From the NCBI RefSeq assembly GCF_009914755.1, contig NC_060938.1: a DNA stretch of 64,000 nucleotides; one strand, written 5' to 3'. The position numbers and the translations under genes are program-made. Of this stretch, positions 55,652 through 64,000 are shown piece by piece (positions within the stretch are counted from its first letter, which is position 1; every line of letters begins with the position of its first letter). Under the pieces are notes generated by a model. That model was not told where the DNA came from and did no database searches. It saw nothing but the letters and a program-made list of their open reading frames with translations. This stretch comes from the human T2T-CHM13v2.0 reference genome, Homo sapiens.

Positions 55652-56998
55652 TAACCCAGGACAGAGGTGAAAGCAGTGGGGTGGACTGGGCAGCCCCCAA
55701 AGTTCAATGGACCTAAAGTGCTGGTGCTCAGCCCTGCCCAGGCAGCTGGCAGGTGGTCCAGAAACCCCTCGTTCTATGGAGACTGAGGCCCAAGTCTTTG
55801 GAGGTGGTCAGGGGTCTGTCCCAGAGCACCTTTGGGCGAAAGGTAGGGGGAAGACCACCCAAGACGACCCTCCCCAACACCAGCAAGGGAGCCCAGCATC
55901 TCCTCTGAGGCCACTGCCCTGTGGGTCCAGCCTCTCTGGGCTGGGTGTGTGGAGGCCGCTCCTATGGCGGTGTGGGCGGTGCAGCTCATTCCCCCGGGGC
56001 TCCCAGCCTCCCACCCCCATCCGGCCTCCTCCTCCAGAGCCTGGGGACTGGTGGATGCCTGCCAAGAACGCCCACAGCCTGCCAGGATGCGCAGGAAGCA
56101 CACACATGCCTAATCCCACCCCCATTGTCACAGATCCCTCTTGATTCTGGGCCTGTCTTTCTGGGGGAAACTGAGGCCCAGAGGGATTGAGGGCCCCCAA
56201 GGTCCCTGAGTCTCCAGGTGTACCTTGGAGGCTGTGCTTTAGTGGGGCCTCCCCCGGCCTTCTTTGCAGTCCTGAGTGTGTGAAGGGGAGGAATCGGGGG
56301 CTGCCAGGCCTGGAGCCAAGGCCGGGGGTGGGGAGCAGCTGGCAGGTGTCCCGGCAGGAGGCCCGGCTAGGGGAGACCAGAACTCCTCTGCTCCTCCCTC
56401 CCAACGGCTTCCCACCCCACTCTACAGCAGGCCGCTGGCAGGCCCGGAAGGGCTTGGGAGCCGAAGGGTGCTTGCCGGGGCTCCTGAAGGCCTGAGGAGC
56501 TCCTGAGGGACTGGAGGCTTCGGGCCTGGAAGGCTGGAAGGCACTGGCCCTGCAGCTTGGTTCCCGGGGCTCCACGTGTCTGAATGCAAAACAAAGGCGG
56601 CTCACAATGAGAAGGCGGGTGCTGGGGATCTGCCCCCGTCGTGCATGTGTCACCACACGGTGTCGAAGCGGACACCTGCCTCCGGGATGAGCGCATTGGG
56701 CAACACTGCATGCTTTGCATTGGGAACATGTTTGTGTGTGTGCGTTGGGGGTGTGTGTGCGGTGGGGGGCTATGGGCTGGGATGTCCCTTGAGGTGATCA
56801 GCTCTCTACGTTCCGCACACACAAACACACAGTGTGACTGAGACACACATGTGAGTATTGAGATCTCCAGGGCTGACTTCCTGCCGGAAGCATGCCCTGG
56901 CCCCCATCACCTTGTGTGAAATTCCTCCACCTGAGCACCTTCCCGGTAGAGCCACGCGTTGCCTGTGATGGAGGGGCCATGACTAACCCAGGCACTAG

Positions 56999-58830
<1,832 letters not shown>

Positions 58831-60359
58831 AGAGAGAGAGAGGAAAAGTGTCTTGTTCTCAAATCCCTCAGCCCATAAGAGCTCTGGAGCTGGCTGGGAT
58901 TCCAGTCTACATGGGTTTGTACCCAAGGAGGAAGCTGGGCTGGGCAGGCTGTACCTCAGAGCCTGCAAGATATGGCACTATGTCCCCCATGGGAGCTGAT
59001 ATTGGATCAGTTCAGGAAAAGGTGACATCAGAAGAGGCTCTGTGGGTGCCCTAAGCCAGGGGTGGAGGGCAGAGGGTTGGGGAGAGGAGCTCACCCCCAG
59101 GAGAGGGTTTGGAGGTTAGACAGAAGAGGGCTAAGGTCAGGGACCAAGGGCTCTGTGTCTAAAGATGGCCCAGGGAAGAGGGAGTCAGCTAGAATGTGGG
59201 GGAGGCCAAGAAGGGAGGCTGCAGTGGTGTGGACTCCTCTGCAGGAGCAGCCTGGCCATGTGATGGCACAGGAGCAGGGCAGCGTGGGGTCAAGGTCCAC
59301 AGGGGGCAAGCTTTCCGTTCCGGTGGCTGGGTGGGAGCATGGCCACATTCTTTACCCTCTCATTGGGCCAGTGCTGCCCCAGACCCTGTCTGGGCTGATG
59401 CCCCAGATGTGGCCTGCCAGCTCACCAGCCCTGAGGCCACGTGTCCCAGGTGCCCCACCCGGGGCGGTGCCCCCCCATCCATTGCCCCAGCTAGTCCAGC
59501 CTATGTGCCCAGCACCCTGCCCTCTAGCCTCTGCCCTCAGCCCCTGGGAGCCATCACTCTTCATGAAGCAACCTGACCCTTAGGCCAGGCTGTCACACTG
59601 CTGGGCACCTCCCTCTCCAGGGAGCCCAACAGACGTCCTAACCTTTCCCAGACCTTTTTATTTTATTTTTTTAAATATATATATGCACGTATTAGAGATG
59701 GGGTCTTGCTATGTTGGCCAGGTTGGTCTTGAACTCCTGTCCTCTCACATCGGCCTCCCAAAGTGCTGGGATTACAGGCATGAGCCACGGCATTTGGCCT
59801 CTCATACCTTTGAGAGTGCAGATGAGGAATTTTTGCAGAGGGCCACAAGAATCCTGCCTACTCCGCCCTCCCCCGCCCCCACCACCACCCAACAAATGCA
59901 GATATTTGGTGTCTCCCCAGAATCAATGTCCAGCACTCACCAGGGGCCACAAGCCCTGGCCAAGGCCTGTCTGCCTGTCCCAGTGTCTGTCTCTGTCCCT
60001 CCCGACCAGCCTCGGAATCTCTCCAGCAAACACTGGACCACTCTGCCCGGCTCCTCCCAGCTGCATGTATCCACCCAGCCCCCAGATGCCAGCAAAGGCT
60101 CCACTGACCACCCCCCAGAGGGGCGGGTGTGCCGTCCCCACCACCTAGTCCAGCCTAGCTGGCCACAGGCCTCCACCCGCATTTCCAGCCTTTGTCCGAG
60201 TCATTCTCCTGCCTAACCTGTCCCTCTCCCTTCTCCAAACGTCCAGATCTTTCCCATCCTTTAGGGCTCTGCTCAAAGCCGGATAGCTGAGTCTGAGAAA
60301 GTGACCCAACCTCTTTGAGCCTTAGTTTCCCCCCTCCCTTGCCAGGGAACTGGGAGGAG

Positions 60360-61260
60360 GGAAGAGGGTGCGGCCGTGGGGAGCCTGGCTCCCCGCATCC
60401 GCCCAGCCCGCGGGGCTCCCCATCCCGGCCAGTGGCTCCCTAAGCCTTGCCAGGTGGTGACGGCTCCTTGGGCGGCCCATTCCCGCCCCGCAAAACCAGC
60501 TAAGGGCCCCTGAAACGCTGCCCGGAAGGCCCCGCGGGAGAACATCTGCGCCAGGGGCCGGGGGCCGGGGGCCGCGGCGGGCGAAATCCGAGAGGCCCGG
60601 GCTCCTCCTGCTGCGCGGCCGGGGAGGGGGGCGCCTGCCGGGTCGGGGCTGGAGGACCTGCGCGCGGCCCCAGGAGGCCCCGCCTCGCCTTCCAGTCTGT
60701 GAAATGGGGCGACGGCCTGGGCGTGGCGGCGAGTTCTTGTCCGCTGCCGGCGGGCGCGGTCGTCGAGGACACAGCTAGGGGAGGCGCAGAAACACCCGGA
60801 GGCGGCCCCGCCGTCTCCTCCCCGGGATCCCACACCCCGCAGGTTCAGGAGGAAGGCGCGGCCCGAGGCCTCCGGGGCGGGGTGTCCCCGAGACGGGAAC
60901 CCGAACCCGACGGCCTCCGTTCCGCCTGCGCCCCTTCAAGGCTCCCGGACGGGCCTCAGTGGCTTCCCCGCCCCTCCCCACCGCGTCCCGGCTCCCCGGG
61001 CGGGGGGTGGGGGGGGTCGCGTGCGGACGGTTCCCCACCCCGCGCGTGCGCACCTCTCCTCCCCCAGGAGATTAAGTGGGGACTCTGAACCCTGTCTCCA
61101 GCCCTGATGGGGAGGAGTAATCCGATTGCTTTCCAAACCCGGCCTCGCCTTGCAAACTTGTCCACCCCCAACCCACCCCGACGGCCGGGCCGCCGCCTCC
61201 TCTGGGCCTCGTCTCCCCTTCAAGCCCCCGGCCTTGTGGGGAAGGGGGAATCCTTGACGC
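60360..61260. promoter_or_regulatory. CpG island, probable lncRNA promoter (possibly the LINC02323 locus)
   Basis: CpG dense with GC boxes. Strong downstream + strand donor AGG|GTGAGT at 61500. The locus name comes from positional memory only. Confidence 0.65.
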
Positions 61261-62283
61261 ATTTTACAGACGGCACATAGGGTCGGGGCAGTGCTTTAAC
61301 CGGAGACCAGGAGCCTGACTCTTCCAGGGCTCTGTGAGACAGCCTGGTGCCTGGCGGGGGTGACACAGCCCCACTGTCTGCCCCGCGTTTACAGCCAGGA
61401 ACCACACCTGAGCCATTTCCAAGGGTGACATGTGTCACAGAACTGTGGGGAAGGGGCTATCCAGAGATTCCCAGTAGGAGACACGGGGAGACCTGCAGGG
61501 TGAGTTTGGACGGGACTAGAGAGGGGGCAGGGCTGGGGGAAGAAAGTGCCCCCAGCGGTTGGCCCTGAGAGAGGATTCCAGGGCTCCCTTGAAAGAACAG
61601 CGGGGTGGGGGTGGGGAGCAGAAAGGAGGCCTGCGGGCCACATGCAGCCTCTGGATCTCAGCCCAGCAGCCCGAGGAGCCACAGCTGGGTGCAGAGTGGC
61701 TCATTCGTATTTTACTAGATCCCTCGGGCCTCTGTGCCTTCCCAGGGCTCTGCAAGCCGGGGAAGAAAAGAATCGTTGCTTCATCCTGCAACTCCCAGAC
61801 GGTGCTTCCCGACCCTGGTGCGGGTGGTGAGGAGGGGGAGGGAGGTGGTTGTGAGGCCTGCTTTGCAGTTGTTTGTGGAATACAGTAAGATTCTTGGCTG
61901 GGATGAGCCGAACAGGACGAAGAACCGAATTCTGCCGGGGCCGCTTAAGGAAGACTGCCTAGGCGAGGTGGCCCAGGCTGGGGATGAGCCAGTGGAGGAG
62001 GAAGTCTCGAGAGAGGGGACAGCAGTGAGCCCAGCACCCTCTCCATGGGAGTCTGAGTGTAAGGCATCCCGACCTGTCTGCCAGCGTCTCTCTCTGCTGG
62101 GGGCTGCTAAGGTGCAGATAGGAAGCGGTCGGGGGCCTCTGTGTATGGGTGGAGGAGGCGGATGGTGGGGGGCAGGCAGGCGACGGGGCAGGGAAGACCC
62201 TATGAAAACTAGGACCTGTCCTATGGACAGGCTTCACCGGCGGACAGTGGGGGAATCTGGTTAAACTCTGAGTCTAAACCTCA

Positions 62284-64000
<1,717 letters not shown>

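Overview
Human genomic DNA, recognisably chr14q32.31. It is GC-rich and Alu-dense. Positions 1-12880 are the distal part of a long TECPR2 intron. The last three TECPR2 coding exons lie on + (12881-13022, 13472-13621, 14005-14159) and end in the C-terminal LIR motif WEVI. A ~4.2 kb 3'UTR follows, containing a CACCA-type repeat, an Alu monomer and a retroposed U6 copy. ANKRD9 is transcribed convergently on -, with a single coding exon (22838-23791), non-coding 5' exons and a CpG-island promoter at ~25.0-26.3 kb. The rest is intergenic: two further CpG islands (~32.6-33.6 kb and ~60.4-61.3 kb), strong CTCF motifs, MIR4309, nested L1/LTR/Alu stacks and GGAA microsatellites. Most notable observations: (1) the final TECPR2 intron must use a GC donor, and a competing GT donor 4 nt downstream would give an NMD-immune, LIR-less protein; (2) ANKRD9 exon 1 ends in ATG, which opens a 341-aa alternative frame over the whole CDS if spliced directly to the coding exon, or a short uORF if a MIR-derived 75-nt exon is included; (3) there is a perfect non-Alu DR4 element in the ANKRD9 promoter; (4) the two convergent 3' ends may overlap through back-to-back poly(A) signals, a U6-retrocopy tail and a close inverted-Alu pair; (5) there are two non-Alu inverted duplications and two Alu-mediated rearrangement scars. 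Repeat family names and repeat boundaries were assigned by eye and are approximate.
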